A stretch of 64,000 nucleotides of DNA from an uncultured cyanobacterium (GCA_963740315.1 CAVUDP010000002.1:2656001-2720000), one strand, 5' to 3'; positions 43,459 through 54,600 are shown, numbered from the stretch's first letter. Notes: a model not told the origin generated them from the sequence alone. Numbers and translations are program-made.

Positions 43459-44715
43459 ATGGCAAAAGAACGCCCACCATTAGAAGAAATGACATTAAGG
43501 CAACTGCGTAAAGTTGCCAGTGAATACAGCGTATCTCGCTATAGTCGAATGCGTAAATCTCAGTTACTCGCAGCAGTTCAAGAAGCACAGGGTAAGAAGT
43601 TATCCAGACAGGCAGAACGTTCATTGGAGGCACAGGAGACAGTGGAAGCAGCAAAATTCGAGTTAGGACAAGAAGACAGAACTGGTGGTACTCTTGCTTC
43701 GGTTGATGAGGGACTTGCCGATTTACCGTCTGGTTATGGTGAAAGTCGTGTTGTATTAATGCCTCGCGATCCACAATGGGCTTATGCTTATTGGGATATT
43801 TCTAACGAGCATAAAGAAGATTTACGCAAGCAAGGCGGACAACAACTTGCGCTGAGAATTTATGATGTTACCGACATTAACTTAGATAACCAAAGCGCTC
43901 ACAATCTTCAAGAGTATCCTTGTGATGAAATGGCGCGGGAATGGTACCTGCCGATTCCAGTTAGCGATCGCGATTATGTAATCGACATCGGTTATCGTTG
44001 TGCTGATGGTCGTTGGTTGACGTTGGCTCGCAGTGCTAGAGTACACGTTCCCCCCGTATATCCTTCTGACTGGATTGAAGATGTCTTCATTACCGTTGAC
44101 TTTGAAGAAGATTTACGCGGTGAGACTAAGTACGAATTAGTACCACCTGCGAAGAAAGCACCTGCAACCGCCCAGAATGGTTACGCCAACGGTAATGCTA
44201 ATGCCAACGGTAACGCGATTTACGACCAAATATTTGGCATGGCTGAATCCGCAGAAGCAATGCGTGTCGCCGGTTCCATGTTTGGTTCGCAGCAGCACGT
44301 TCCCGGTTCAATGGCTCCAGAACAGGCTATCAGTTCCTACATTTTCCCATCTGGTGTAGGTATGTGGTCGCTTCCTACAGCATCGGGTGTAAATATGTCT
44401 GGTGTAGGTATGGGTGCATCCGTAGCTCCGGTACGTCCCCGCAAATTCTGGTTAATTGCTGACGCTGAGTTAATTGTTTACGGTGCAACCGAACCAGATG
44501 CTACCGTTACAATTGGCGATCGCGAAATCAAACTCAATCCCGATGGAACATTCCGCTTCCAAATGTCCTTCCAAGATGGTTTGATTGATTATCCAATTAA
44601 AGCAGTTGCAGTTGACGGCGAGCAAACCCGCTCGATTCAGATGAAGTTCAATCGCGAAACTCCATCACGCAATACCAATACTAAGGATGAAGCTGTTTTA
44701 GAATGGTTTTCTTAA
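43459..44715 (+). CDS. DUF4912 domain protein with Rho N-terminal-like domain
   Basis: MTLRQLRKVA..YSRMRKSQL; LMPRDPQWAYAYWD; DAELIVYGATEP. Confidence 0.88.
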   Translation: MAKERPPLEEMTLRQLRKVASEYSVSRYSRMRKSQLLAAVQEAQGKKLSRQAERSLEAQETVEAAKFELGQEDRTGGTLASVDEGLADLPSGYGESRVVLMPRDPQWAYAYWDISNEHKEDLRKQGGQQLALRIYDVTDINLDNQSAHNLQEYPCDEMAREWYLPIPVSDRDYVIDIGYRCADGRWLTLARSARVHVPPVYPSDWIEDVFITVDFEEDLRGETKYELVPPAKKAPATAQNGYANGNANANGNAIYDQIFGMAESAEAMRVAGSMFGSQQHVPGSMAPEQAISSYIFPSGVGMWSLPTASGVNMSGVGMGASVAPVRPRKFWLIADAELIVYGATEPDATVTIGDREIKLNPDGTFRFQMSFQDGLIDYPIKAVAVDGEQTRSIQMKFNRETPSRNTNTKDEAVLEWFS

Positions 44716-44758
44716 TGCGAGATCGAGAATAGATTTTTGTAACTCGAATTGATAATTA

Positions 44759-44792
44759 ACTCCCTGCATTATTTATGTGGGGAGTTTTTTTA
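44759..44792 (+). terminator. Intrinsic terminator
   Basis: ACTCCCTGCAT...ATGTGGGGAGT followed by a T-run. Confidence 0.7.
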
Positions 44793-44977
44793 TGTAAGAA
44801 ATTGCAGCTTGCATTGAATATACATATTTATCCTGGATAAGCATTATTGTTTGCGTTATTGTTAGTGTTACCTTAAAAGTCGCCGATATATTATTCTGCT
44901 TCAACTTTGGTAGAATTCAAAATCGTTAAAGCAAGTAAATTAAACTAAGTTAAACATTATTAGTTAACTGTATAGAT

Positions 44978-45979
44978 ATGTTCAACAAGAATTTTATCAG
45001 CTTAATATTAATAGCTGCCGGTGTATTCTTCTTCCGTTCTTATAACCAAAGTAATAATAATTCGCCAGAATTAACTCAAAAGCCATCAATAGTTATACAA
45101 GAAGATATATCATCAGATATAACAGAAAAGAATATACCTAAATTAGTAAAAGAATCTGCAAGTAATTGTCCCGGCAAAGACAGAATCAGTATAGAATTTT
45201 TGAAAACAAATAATTTAGGTGAGAAATCTGATAGAGGAATTAATCATGTAATTATTTTTAATCCGAAATCAAAAGAGTTAGATTTCAAAGTAAATGTCGG
45301 ATTAGCTCACAATATTTACGCGAAAAACGATAGCGGTATACGTAAAGAATACGTTCCCAAACTATTTGGTGAAATCATCAGCGATGATAACGCCTTATTG
45401 AATGGGAAAAAACCGATCGCGGCAATTAATGCGGATTATATAGATATTGATGATAAACCCCAGGGTTTAAATATTTCACGAGGAATCGAATATTCTGGAG
45501 ATTTTAGAAATAAACGTTCTTCTTTTGGGGTATCTGGAGGAAAACCCGCTCAACGTCGGGCAACTATTGGAAAAGGTAGAAGAAATAGCGATATTCTTAA
45601 TTACAACATAGTCGGAGGTAACGGTAGATTTTATCGTAACGGCGAATTCAAAGATATTTGTGCAGCTTTGGGAGAATTTGCTTGTAAAAGAGCTATTAAT
45701 CGTTCGATGGCTGCTATTACCGATAAAGGTTATGCGATTTTATTAGTAAATGATTCTAGAGCAAATTCCGATATTGAAATAACCGAAGTTAATCGAGAAC
45801 TTTTACCGGATATGTTTGATGATGTTTTAGAAGGAATAGCTCGGAATAACTGTTTGGGTAAAATTCAAGAAGGAATATTGTTTGATGGGGGAGAATCTCC
45901 GGGATTATTTTACGATAATAAAACCTATGTAGAAAATTTTGGCGCGATTGGTTCGGTATTTTTAATTTATAAAAAATAG
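44978..45979 (+). CDS. Exported protein, phosphodiester glycosidase (NAGPA/DUF2233)-like
   Basis: Signal/TM segment; AAINADY, NRSMAAI, LFDGGES. Confidence 0.65.
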   Translation: MFNKNFISLILIAAGVFFFRSYNQSNNNSPELTQKPSIVIQEDISSDITEKNIPKLVKESASNCPGKDRISIEFLKTNNLGEKSDRGINHVIIFNPKSKELDFKVNVGLAHNIYAKNDSGIRKEYVPKLFGEIISDDNALLNGKKPIAAINADYIDIDDKPQGLNISRGIEYSGDFRNKRSSFGVSGGKPAQRRATIGKGRRNSDILNYNIVGGNGRFYRNGEFKDICAALGEFACKRAINRSMAAITDKGYAILLVNDSRANSDIEITEVNRELLPDMFDDVLEGIARNNCLGKIQEGILFDGGESPGLFYDNKTYVENFGAIGSVFLIYKK

Positions 45980-46147
45980 GGAATTGGGAAAGAAGGTAGA
46001 GGGGGTAGAGGGGGTAGAGGGGGTAGAATTTTTTTTAATTATTAACTCCCTTACCGCTCTAAAATTACCTATCTCTTTTAATCTCTTTCCTCTGCGCTCT
46101 CTGCGTCTCTGCGGTTTTTTAATCGGTAATCTTCTGCCGGGAAAGGA

Positions 46148-46251
46148 GTAACTTCTAACTCCTAACTTCTAACTCTTAACTCTTAACTTCTAACTTCTAA
46201 CTCTTAACTTCTAACTCCTAACTCTTAACTCTTAATTCCTAACTCCTAACT
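46148..46251. repeat. Heptamer tandem repeat (TAACTCY/TAACTTC)n
   Basis: About 14 tandem units. Confidence 0.85.
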
Positions 46252-46329
46252 ATCAAGGCATAAGTCTTTGGGAAGATAAAGCATGATACCCCTAAGCGGT
46301 AGCATGAGTTTATAGCTCGAATATTAAAA

Positions 46330-46890
46330 ATGACACATAACGAAATTGCCGATACGCTCGCGGATTTATTTGGTACATCTGCGGTAAATGTCCTTGCACC
46401 TGGTTCTTGGCAAGTTGAAACACCGAAATTTAGACTATTAATACTGCTAAGTGAAGACCAAAGTTGGTTGCGAATTATGTTACCGATTATGCCAGCACAG
46501 CAAGCACAATCGTTTTTGCAACAGTTTCTTGAAGCTAATTTTGATGATACTCAACAAGTACGCTACGCATTGCATCAAGATGTGTTGTGGGGAATATTTC
46601 AGCACAGTAGCGCCAGCTTGGTTGTAGAAGATTTTCGCGATGCGATCGCCAGATTAATTGCTCTCTATGAAGTGGGTGTGAATGATGCTTTTAATCGCTT
46701 AACTGAAAGCAAGATTAAGGAAATTGTGCAAGCTTCCAAACAGCAAGGGAAATCAATAGAGGCGACTATGCAAAATCTTGAGCGTTTTTATGCTGAAGGT
46801 TTGATGGGTGAAATGGATCAAAGTCCTGAATCGCGAGAACGAGTTTTAACCGCTTGGCGAGGGCAATTAGAAAGACTGTGGAATGAATAG
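46330..46890 (+). CDS. Conserved hypothetical protein, YbjN/CesT-chaperone-like
   Basis: SEDQSWLR..LEANFD...VRYAL. Confidence 0.6.
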   Translation: MTHNEIADTLADLFGTSAVNVLAPGSWQVETPKFRLLILLSEDQSWLRIMLPIMPAQQAQSFLQQFLEANFDDTQQVRYALHQDVLWGIFQHSSASLVVEDFRDAIARLIALYEVGVNDAFNRLTESKIKEIVQASKQQGKSIEATMQNLERFYAEGLMGEMDQSPESRERVLTAWRGQLERLWNE

Positions 46891-46947
46891 TGAGGAGTGA
46901 GCAGTGAACAGTGAGCAGTGAACAGTGAGCAGTTAGCACTTACCAAT

Positions 46948-47087
46948 TGGAGCATCCGAATTGTTGAAAATCCGCAGGTAGTGCGTTCACGCAGTGTGCG
47001 CGAAGCGCAAGCATCTTGCTGGCTGGCGCATTAGAGCATTCCAATTGTTGAAAACGCACTAAAAAATTAAAAATTTGAGATGCTCCC
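46948..47087. mobile_element. MITE with GGAGCATC terminal inverted repeats and a 9-10 bp target duplication
   Basis: CTTACCAAT(T) at 46939 and 47088 flanks GGAGCATCCGAATT...AATTTGAGATGCTCC. Confidence 0.75.
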
Positions 47088-47131
47088 CTTACCAATTTTT
47101 CTATTTTTTATGGTCATTAACAACTAACAAC

Positions 47132-47258
47132 TAAGTAGTTCGGCGTAGCCAAATCGTAATGCCGGATAAGGGAGTAGGCAGTAGGCACTAAGAGCAAGGT
47201 TTCCAAGACAATTTACCCAACCGTTACATAGTTTAATTTTTTTGTGCCGACTTACTTA
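47132..47258. mobile_element. MITE-like element TAAGTAGTTCGGC...GCCGACTTACTTA
   Basis: Imperfect TIRs; interrupts an (AACAACT)n array at a TA. Confidence 0.7.
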
Positions 47259-47291
47259 ACAACTAACAACTAACCACTATCAACTCTATTT

Positions 47292-47681
47292 ATGAATACT
47301 TTAGAAATTTTAAAAGAGGATTACAAACATTTTCCTGCAAATCAAACTTATAGCATTTACGCGGAAGATGTTTATTTCAAAGATCCTATGAATGAGTTTA
47401 ATGGGGTTAAACGCTATAAGTTGATGATTAAGTTTATTGAAACTTTCTTCATTAAACCGCAGATGGATGTGCATGATATCCACAGGGAAGGGGATACGAT
47501 TAAAACCGAATGGACTCTTAATTGGAATACACCTCTACCTTGGAAACCGCACATTTCTATCCCTGGATGGAGTACCTTAAGAGTTAATTCTGATGGATTG
47601 ATCGTTTCTCACGTGGATTACTGGAAATGTTCGCGATTGGATGTACTCAAACAGCATTTCTTCCCCTTAAAGAAGTCATAA
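47292..47681 (+). CDS. DUF2358 (NTF2-like) protein
   Basis: YSIYAEDVYFKDP, WTLNW..PLPWKP, HVDYW. Confidence 0.88.
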   Translation: MNTLEILKEDYKHFPANQTYSIYAEDVYFKDPMNEFNGVKRYKLMIKFIETFFIKPQMDVHDIHREGDTIKTEWTLNWNTPLPWKPHISIPGWSTLRVNSDGLIVSHVDYWKCSRLDVLKQHFFPLKKS

Positions 47682-47734
47682 TGTATATATGTATGTAAAT
47701 TAATGTAAAAGCTTCTCAGGAAAAAAGATTATTC

Positions 47735-48922
47735 ATGCGCGTAATTTTAATGACAGGTAAAGGCGGCGTGGGGAAAACTTCGGTTGCTGCCGCTACTGGA
47801 CTGCGTTGTGCTGAGTTAGGTTATCGCACGCTGGTTTTAAGCACAGATCCAGCCCATTCTTTAGCCGATAGTTTTGATTTGGAACTCGGACACGAAGCGC
47901 AACAAGTTCGTCCAAATTTATGGGGTGCGGAGTTGGATGCGCTGTTAGAACTTGAGGGAAATTGGGGTGCTGTAAAGCGCTATATTACTCAAGTTTTGCA
48001 GGCTAGAGGAATGGAGGGAATCCAAGCTGAAGAATTGGCAATTTTACCGGGGATGGATGAGATTTTCGGCTTGGTAAGAATGAAACGTCATTATGATGAA
48101 GGCGAATATGATGTTTTAATTATTGACTCTGCACCTACGGGTACGGCTTTACGGTTGTTGAGTTTACCGGAAGTTGGCGGTTGGTATATGCGGCGTTTTT
48201 ATAAGCCTTTTCAAAATATTTCGGTAGCGTTGCGTCCTTTGGTGGAGCCGATTTTTAGACCGATCGCTGGTTTTTCGCTACCGGATAGAGAGGTAATGGA
48301 TGCACCTTTCGAGTTTTATCAGCAAATCGAAGCGTTAGAAAAAGTATTAACCGATAATACTCAAACTTCGGTGCGTCTGGTTGCAAACCCCGAAAAGATG
48401 GTAATTAAAGAATCTCTTCGCGCCCATGCTTATTTAAGTTTGTACAATGTCGCCACAGATTTAGTGATCGCAAATCGGATTATTCCGCAAGAAGTGCAAG
48501 ACCCATTTTTCAAAAGATGGAAAGAAAATCAAGAACAATATCGTCAACAACTTCATGATAATTTTCATCCTTTACCCGTTAAAGAAGTTCCCCTTTATTC
48601 AGAAGAAATGTGTGGTTTAGAGGCTTTAGAACGACTCAAAGAAACGCTTTACAAAGACGAAGATCCGACTCAAGTTTATTACAAGGAAAATACAATTAGA
48701 ATTGTTCAAGATCAAAATCAATACAGCTTAGAATTATATTTACCTGGCATTCCTAAAGACCAAGTGAATCTAAGTAAAAGTGGCGATGAATTGAATATTA
48801 CCATCGGCAACCATCGCCGCAATCTAGTATTACCGCAAGCTTTAGCAGCACTCCAACCATCTGGGGCAAAGATGGAGAATGATTATTTGAAAATTCGTTT
48901 TTCCGAAGTTGTAAAGGCGTGA
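47735..48922 (+). CDS. ArsA/GET3/TRC40 family ATPase with C-terminal HSP20-like domain
   Basis: [22 protein letters not shown]. Confidence 0.93.
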   Translation: MRVILMTGKGGVGKTSVAAATGLRCAELGYRTLVLSTDPAHSLADSFDLELGHEAQQVRPNLWGAELDALLELEGNWGAVKRYITQVLQARGMEGIQAEELAILPGMDEIFGLVRMKRHYDEGEYDVLIIDSAPTGTALRLLSLPEVGGWYMRRFYKPFQNISVALRPLVEPIFRPIAGFSLPDREVMDAPFEFYQQIEALEKVLTDNTQTSVRLVANPEKMVIKESLRAHAYLSLYNVATDLVIANRIIPQEVQDPFFKRWKENQEQYRQQLHDNFHPLPVKEVPLYSEEMCGLEALERLKETLYKDEDPTQVYYKENTIRIVQDQNQYSLELYLPGIPKDQVNLSKSGDELNITIGNHRRNLVLPQALAALQPSGAKMENDYLKIRFSEVVKA

Positions 48923-48924
48923 AT

Positions 48925-49230
48925 TGAGGTCAAAGGTTAAAGGTTAAAGGTTAAAGGTGGGGATTGGGCATGGTAAATAGTTAGGAGTTAGGAGTTAGGA
49001 GTTAAGAGTTAGGAGATGATATTGCGGAGGAAGCTCCGGGAGCGGAGGGAGCGGAGGAAGCAATTTCATTTTTCTTCGTCTTTTCTCCCCCAGCCTCCTC
49101 TGCTCTCTTCTTCCCCATCTCCCCATCTCCCCATCTCCCTATCTCCCCATCTCCCCATCTCCCCATCTCCCCAAAGGTTACTGAGCTTGTCGAAGTACTC
49201 CCCATCTCCCCATCTCCCCATCTCCCCATC
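48925..49230. repeat. Short tandem repeat field: (AAAGGTT)n, (TAGGAGT)n, (CCCCATCT)n
   Basis: Read directly; accounts for the spurious ORFs here. Confidence 0.85.
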
Positions 49231-49238
49231 CCTAATAA

Positions 49239-50411
49239 CTAACTTCTCAACTGCACTGGCATTGCTAAATAAGTCATTTTAATTCCTCCGATGGGAGAAA
49301 AGATAACGGGGGCTAAGTTGTTGTTTAACTGCATTTGAATTTCTGCTGACGGTAATGCTTTTAAACCTTCCATTAAATATTTAATATTAAAAGCAATATC
49401 AATATCTTCTCCTAATATCTGTGCTGGCATGGATTCCATTCCGCTACCAATTTCTTGAGTTTCTACTGACAAGGTGATTTCTTGAGATTCGCTATCAATG
49501 CTAACCTTGGCAATATTGTTTTTTTGGTCGGCTAATACGCCAATTCTTTCTAATGCGCCGATCAATTGTTTTCTATCTAAAGTTAATTCTCTTTCAAAGC
49601 TATTAGGTATAAGTTGACGGTAAGCTGGATATTGCCCTTCTAAAGTTCTGCTGGTTAAGCGTTGATTTTGCCACTGAAAAACGACTTGCCCCCAATCGAA
49701 ATACATTGCTACAGGTTCGTCTTCTTTTGAACTATGAGCCAGCATTCTTTCCAATTCTCGTAATGCTTTGCTTGGTAGCGTTACCTGTAGAGAATCTGGT
49801 TGCTCGTCATCATCATTTAGATTTTCATTGGTAGTTTCTACTACTGCTAAACGATGCCCGTCAGTAGCTGCAAATTCCAAACTATCTTTTTTAACCGTTA
49901 AATGCACTCCCGTAAGCACTTGTTTGCTTTCATCTGCACTTGTCGCAAACAAACAACCCCCTAAGCCTTCGATTAATGCACTAACAGGAAGATGAACTGC
50001 GCGATCGTTTTCGGTTACGGGTAGTTCGGGAAATTCCTCCGCACCCATTGCGCGTACCTGATAGCGTCCGCTTTTTGGCTTGAGGGTAACGGTTAAACCT
50101 TCTCCCACGGATTGATTTTCTTTATCTGGCGATCCGTCATCAAGGGTAATCTCTCCTTCTGGCAAACGAGAAACTATATCATTAAGTAGCTTGGCTGGAA
50201 GAGTAATTGTTCCTCCTTCTAAAACCTCGGCAGTGAATGTAGTACGAATTCCCAAACTTAAATCGAAAGCTGTTAAACTTACTTGACTGTTCGCAGCATC
50301 TGCTTGTAATAGCACGTTGGCAAGTATGGGATGAGTCGGGCGTGAAGGAACAGCGCGAGAAGTCAGTGAGAGGTGAGTGTTTAAATCGCTTTGGTTACAA
50401 ACTAGTTTCAT
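49239..50411 (-). CDS. dnaN: DNA polymerase III beta clamp
   Basis: MKLVCNQ start, AATDGHRL, LEGQYPAY, YLAMPV. Confidence 0.97.
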   Translation of the reverse strand: MKLVCNQSDLNTHLSLTSRAVPSRPTHPILANVLLQADAANSQVSLTAFDLSLGIRTTFTAEVLEGGTITLPAKLLNDIVSRLPEGEITLDDGSPDKENQSVGEGLTVTLKPKSGRYQVRAMGAEEFPELPVTENDRAVHLPVSALIEGLGGCLFATSADESKQVLTGVHLTVKKDSLEFAATDGHRLAVVETTNENLNDDDEQPDSLQVTLPSKALRELERMLAHSSKEDEPVAMYFDWGQVVFQWQNQRLTSRTLEGQYPAYRQLIPNSFERELTLDRKQLIGALERIGVLADQKNNIAKVSIDSESQEITLSVETQEIGSGMESMPAQILGEDIDIAFNIKYLMEGLKALPSAEIQMQLNNNLAPVIFSPIGGIKMTYLAMPVQLRS

Positions 50412-50441
50412 GATGTGTTTTAGTAATGCTGCATATCGCAT

Positions 50442-51048
50442 AAATATAATTAAGCATAAGATAGGCTGGCATTGATTCCTACTTAATCTGGTTGGGCTAT
50501 GTGAAAATTTATCTGTAAATTTATCTGTTGAGAAAAGCTTCCTTCAGGGAAAAGTAGAAGAAAAAAGATTTTTTAATTTTATAAAAGTCGAATTGATTTC
50601 TCGATCGCCCAATATTCGGACTGCTACTTTTTCGTAAAGCAATTATAAAATGTTGGATTTTCTTTAGCAGCATATATTGATGGATGTTATTGATTGAAAA
50701 TCGCAGTGCTAAGTCTGAAATCCTACCTTTGTAGTTAGATAAACATTATTGCAATATTCACGGGTATATTTCTACAAGTTGTGGAAAACTCACCACAGTC
50801 TTTGTAAAACGCACTTGTGCAAACAGCAAATTGTGGAAAACCCTGTGGAAAAAAACCTACCTTTTCCACAGACTATTTATACTTTTATCGAGTTTTCCAC
50901 AGGTTTGCTGAAAGTTTTCCACAAAGATATTTAGTCTTAATTGTTTTTTATACTTTGTTTAACTGTTTAATAAAGAAGTGGCATTGGTTCTTTATCCAAG
51001 ATAGTTGAAAATGTGGAAAATTAAAAAGCAATTTTTATTTTTTAATTT
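50442..51048. other. oriC: Replication origin oriC
   Basis: dnaA-dnaN intergenic region with seven TTTTCCACA/TGTGGAAAA boxes starting at 50780, 50832, 50844, 50862, 50893, 50915 and 51012. Confidence 0.9.
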
Positions 51049-52425
51049 TCACTTAGAACCATTTACGTTGATGCGATCGCCAAGTTGACGCAGAGTTTGC
51101 ACTAGATTATCGTCGGTTTTTCTAAGTTGGGTAATTTTTTCACAACTGTACATAACCGTTGTGTGATCCTTACCACCAAATTCTTCACCGATTCTAGGTA
51201 AGCTTAAATCTGTATATTGCCGCATTAAATACATTCCAATTTGTCGCGCCCAGCTAATTTCTCTTCGCCGCGAATTGCTTTTGAGGTCTTCGATAGAAAT
51301 ATTGAAGGTATCGGCGACTATACTTAAAATTGCTACTGGAGTTGCATCTACCTTCTCGATTTGCTGTCCTAAAGCCGAATGGATATTTTCCACAGTCATC
51401 GGTAAACCCCAAATGGAAACATAGGCGGTTGCTCGAATTAATGCCCCTTCCAATTCTCGAATATTATTCGTGTAGTTGGAAGCAATGTATTCTATGACAT
51501 CTCTGGGTAAGCGGAGATTTTCGTACTCGGCTTTTTTTTGTAAAATAGCCATTCTGGTTTCTAAATCTGGTGCTTGGATATCGGCGATTAATCCCATAGA
51601 AAAGCGGGAAGATAATCTTTCTTGGAGGCGGGGTATTTGATTAGGAGGACGATCGGATGCGATCGCTACTTGTTTTCCTGCTTCATATAAGGTATTAAAG
51701 GTATGAAAAAACTCTTCTTGAGTAGATTCTTTGCCTTCAATAAACTGGATATCGTCTACTAAAAGTACATCGGCGGCTCTGTAGTGTTCTTGAAGGCTTT
51801 GTCTGCTGTCATTACGAATGGCGCTAATTACGTCATTGGTAAACTGTTCGGTAGAAACGTAAAATATTTTTGAGTTAGGGAAAATTTCTAAACGATAATT
51901 ACCGATCGCCTGCATCAGATGGGTTTTTCCCAATCCGACACCACCATATAAAAATAATGGATTAAATTCTTTACCGGGAGATTCCGCAACTGCTAAAGAC
52001 GCAGCATGAGCCAAACGATTGTTTGCACCAACTACAAAACGAGAAAATACATATTTTAAATTTAATATTGATGTTTTTTGTGCCTTTTTGCCGATATTCG
52101 GAATATCTCTAGATAATGGTAATTCAGTCGTTGCTTCAGTTTCGTTGATTTGGGAAACACAATCGCCGCTCGTAACCGTAAAATAAATATCTACCTGATG
52201 ACCAAGAATATCCTCTACTACCGACGCAATAGTTTTTATGTAATACTTTTGTAACCAATTGCGAGCAAAGGGATTAGGAGTACGAATTACCAAAGAGTTA
52301 TTTTCTAATTTTTCGGCGATCGCGGTTTTAATCCAAGTTTCAAAGGTGGGGCGCGATAGTTCTAACTGCAAGCGCTCCAATACTTGACACCATAAATTCT
52401 CTATCTTGTCAGACATTTCAACCAC
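51049..52425 (-). CDS. dnaA: Chromosomal replication initiator DnaA (start may be ATG at 52416)
   Basis: NPLFLYGGVGLGKTHL, LLVDDIQF, NIRELEGAL, FGGKDHTTV. Confidence 0.98.
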   Translation of the reverse strand: MVEMSDKIENLWCQVLERLQLELSRPTFETWIKTAIAEKLENNSLVIRTPNPFARNWLQKYYIKTIASVVEDILGHQVDIYFTVTSGDCVSQINETEATTELPLSRDIPNIGKKAQKTSILNLKYVFSRFVVGANNRLAHAASLAVAESPGKEFNPLFLYGGVGLGKTHLMQAIGNYRLEIFPNSKIFYVSTEQFTNDVISAIRNDSRQSLQEHYRAADVLLVDDIQFIEGKESTQEEFFHTFNTLYEAGKQVAIASDRPPNQIPRLQERLSSRFSMGLIADIQAPDLETRMAILQKKAEYENLRLPRDVIEYIASNYTNNIRELEGALIRATAYVSIWGLPMTVENIHSALGQQIEKVDATPVAILSIVADTFNISIEDLKSNSRRREISWARQIGMYLMRQYTDLSLPRIGEEFGGKDHTTVMYSCEKITQLRKTDDNLVQTLRQLGDRINVNGSK

Positions 52426-52576
52426 CGATTGTTAGGTAATCGTTACAAAAAAAGAAAATATATATAAAATAAGTAGCCTTGCCAAAACATGGCATTGGGT
52501 CAATCTACACCGAAATAATGGTTTGAATTTGTAATTATTCTTATATTCATCCAATCATACGGAGAAAAAAAATCAC

Positions 52577-53839
52577 ATGAACAAAAATGAGTATGAATCA
52601 CAATTGAGTAAAATTTATACCGAAAACCATATAAAAAGTCTTTGGGCAAAAAATTTTATTTTAACTTTTATTGTGGCGATTAGTACAGCTTTAATTAGCG
52701 GTTGCTCTAACCTCGGTAATATTGTAAGTAGCAAAACCCCAGAGCAAACGGCGCAGGCTAGAGATAAAACATCGAATGCTCCTAAAATTGCCCCCCCTCC
52801 CATCTTTAAAGACTCAAGAGATCCTAACTTCGTGGTTTCGGTAGTACAGGAAGTCGGTCCGGCAGTTGTACGGATCGATACCTCTAGAACGGTAACTTCC
52901 CGCGTTCCAGATGAATTTAACGACCCGTTTTTTCAGAGATTTTTTGGGGATGGAGCACCAAGACAGCGCCGAGAAAGACAGCAAAGAGGTAACGGTTCTG
53001 GATTTATTATCAACTCTAACGGTGAAATTTTAACGAATGCTCACGTCATAGACGGTGCAGATCGAGTAACCGTTGAATTGAAAGACGGTCGCAAATTTAA
53101 CGGGCAAGTATTAGGTGAAGACCCGGTAACAGATGTTGCCATAGTTAAAATTGATGCAGATAATTTACCGACTGCTTCCTTGGGAGACTCCGACGCACTA
53201 CAGCCAGGAGAAGCGGTAATTGCCATCGGTAATCCTTTAGGTTTAAACTACACGGTAACTTCCGGAATTATCAGCGCTACGGGTCGTTCTAGCAGCGATA
53301 TTGGTGCTGCTGATAAGCGAGTTGATTATATTCAAACAGATGCTGCAATTAACCCCGGCAACTCTGGCGGACCTTTATTAAGTGCGTCGGGGGAGGTAAT
53401 AGGGATGAATACCGCGATTATTCGAGGCGCTCAAGGTTTAGGATTTGCTATTCCCGTAAATACAATTAAAAGAATTTCTCAAGAATTAATTGCTAAAGGA
53501 AGAGTAGATCATCCGTATTTGGGAATTCAGATGGTGACACTGACAAAGGATGTCAAAGAAAAACTGAACAGCGAACTAGGAAATCCCAGTATTTCCGCAG
53601 ATAAAGGCGTTTTATTAATACGAATTATGCGCGGATCTCCAGCATCTCAAGGTGGATTAAAAGCAGGAGATGTTATTACCAGCATTAATAAGCAGCGCGT
53701 CAATAATAATGAAGATGTACAAAAATTAGTAGAAAATAGTAAAATCGGTCAGCCCTTAGATATAGAAGTAGAACGCAACGGTAGAAAAATAAAATTAGCA
53801 GTTAGACCTGCACCGTTACCACCAGCTAGAGCGAATTAG
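52577..53839 (+). CDS. HhoA/HhoB/HtrA family serine protease
   Basis: TNAHV, QTDAAINPGNSGGPL, C-terminal PDZ domain. Confidence 0.95.
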   Translation: MNKNEYESQLSKIYTENHIKSLWAKNFILTFIVAISTALISGCSNLGNIVSSKTPEQTAQARDKTSNAPKIAPPPIFKDSRDPNFVVSVVQEVGPAVVRIDTSRTVTSRVPDEFNDPFFQRFFGDGAPRQRRERQQRGNGSGFIINSNGEILTNAHVIDGADRVTVELKDGRKFNGQVLGEDPVTDVAIVKIDADNLPTASLGDSDALQPGEAVIAIGNPLGLNYTVTSGIISATGRSSSDIGAADKRVDYIQTDAAINPGNSGGPLLSASGEVIGMNTAIIRGAQGLGFAIPVNTIKRISQELIAKGRVDHPYLGIQMVTLTKDVKEKLNSELGNPSISADKGVLLIRIMRGSPASQGGLKAGDVITSINKQRVNNNEDVQKLVENSKIGQPLDIEVERNGRKIKLAVRPAPLPPARAN

Positions 53840-54048
53840 GAGATGGGGGGATGGGGAGAGGGGGAGATGGGGAGATGGGGAGAGGGGGAGATGGGGAGAT
53901 GGGGAGATGGGGGGATGGGGGGATGGGGAGTTAGGAGTACTTCGACAAGCTCAGTAACCTTTAGGAGTTATGAGTTAGGAGTTATGAGTTATTAAATTTT
54001 AACCTTTGACCTTTGACCTTTGACCTTTAACCTTTAACCTTTAACCTT
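53838..54048. repeat. Short tandem repeat field: (AGATGGGG)n, (TAGGAGT)n, (AACCTTT)n
   Basis: Read directly. Confidence 0.85.
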
Positions 54049-54056
54049 ATTTATTT

Positions 54057-54590
54057 ATGTCTGAAAAACTTGCGATCGCTCAATTAGGTAATCCGATTCT
54101 GCGGCGAAAAGCGCTGTTTGTTGAAGATATTCATTGCGAAACAATTCAAAAGCTGATTGATGATTTGCTGATAACAGTTGCGGATGCTAACGGTGTTGGT
54201 ATTGCAGCGCCACAAGTTGCTGTGGGTTATCGTGTTTTTATTGTTGCTTCTCGTCCGAATCTTAGATATCCTCATGCTCCGTTGATGGAACCTACAGCAA
54301 TGATTAATCCTCGAATTGTTGCTTATTCTGAAGAAATCGTCAAAGATTGGGAAGGTTGTTTGAGTATTCCGGGAATTAGAGGATTAGTTCCGAGATATAA
54401 GACTATTGAAGTTGAATATACCGATCGCTACGGTAAGTTGCAAAATCAAGAATTAACGGATTTCGTTGCTCGCATTTTTCAACATGAATACGACCATTTT
54501 GAAGGGTTGGTATTTTTAGATCGAGTTGAAAGCAGTTTCGATCTTGTTACCGAGCAAGAATATCATAATTTGACCGTTAACGAACTTTGA
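54057..54590 (+). CDS. def: Peptide deformylase
   Basis: GVGIAAPQV, EGCLS, QHEYDH. Confidence 0.96.
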   Translation: MSEKLAIAQLGNPILRRKALFVEDIHCETIQKLIDDLLITVADANGVGIAAPQVAVGYRVFIVASRPNLRYPHAPLMEPTAMINPRIVAYSEEIVKDWEGCLSIPGIRGLVPRYKTIEVEYTDRYGKLQNQELTDFVARIFQHEYDHFEGLVFLDRVESSFDLVTEQEYHNLTVNEL

Positions 54591-54600
54591 TTAATCTCGA

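Noticed and set aside
46950..47054. Two repeats GAGCAT..AATTGTTGAAAA as a mini CRISPR array
   Set aside because: Only two short imperfect copies, inside an element with TIRs and a target duplication; no cas genes in the window
49002..49282. ORFs with GRWGD/PHLPIS repeats (also 28201-28449)
   Set aside because: Translations of tandem DNA repeats
50749..51008. Two short ORFs between dnaA and dnaN
   Set aside because: They overlap the DnaA-box cluster of oriC
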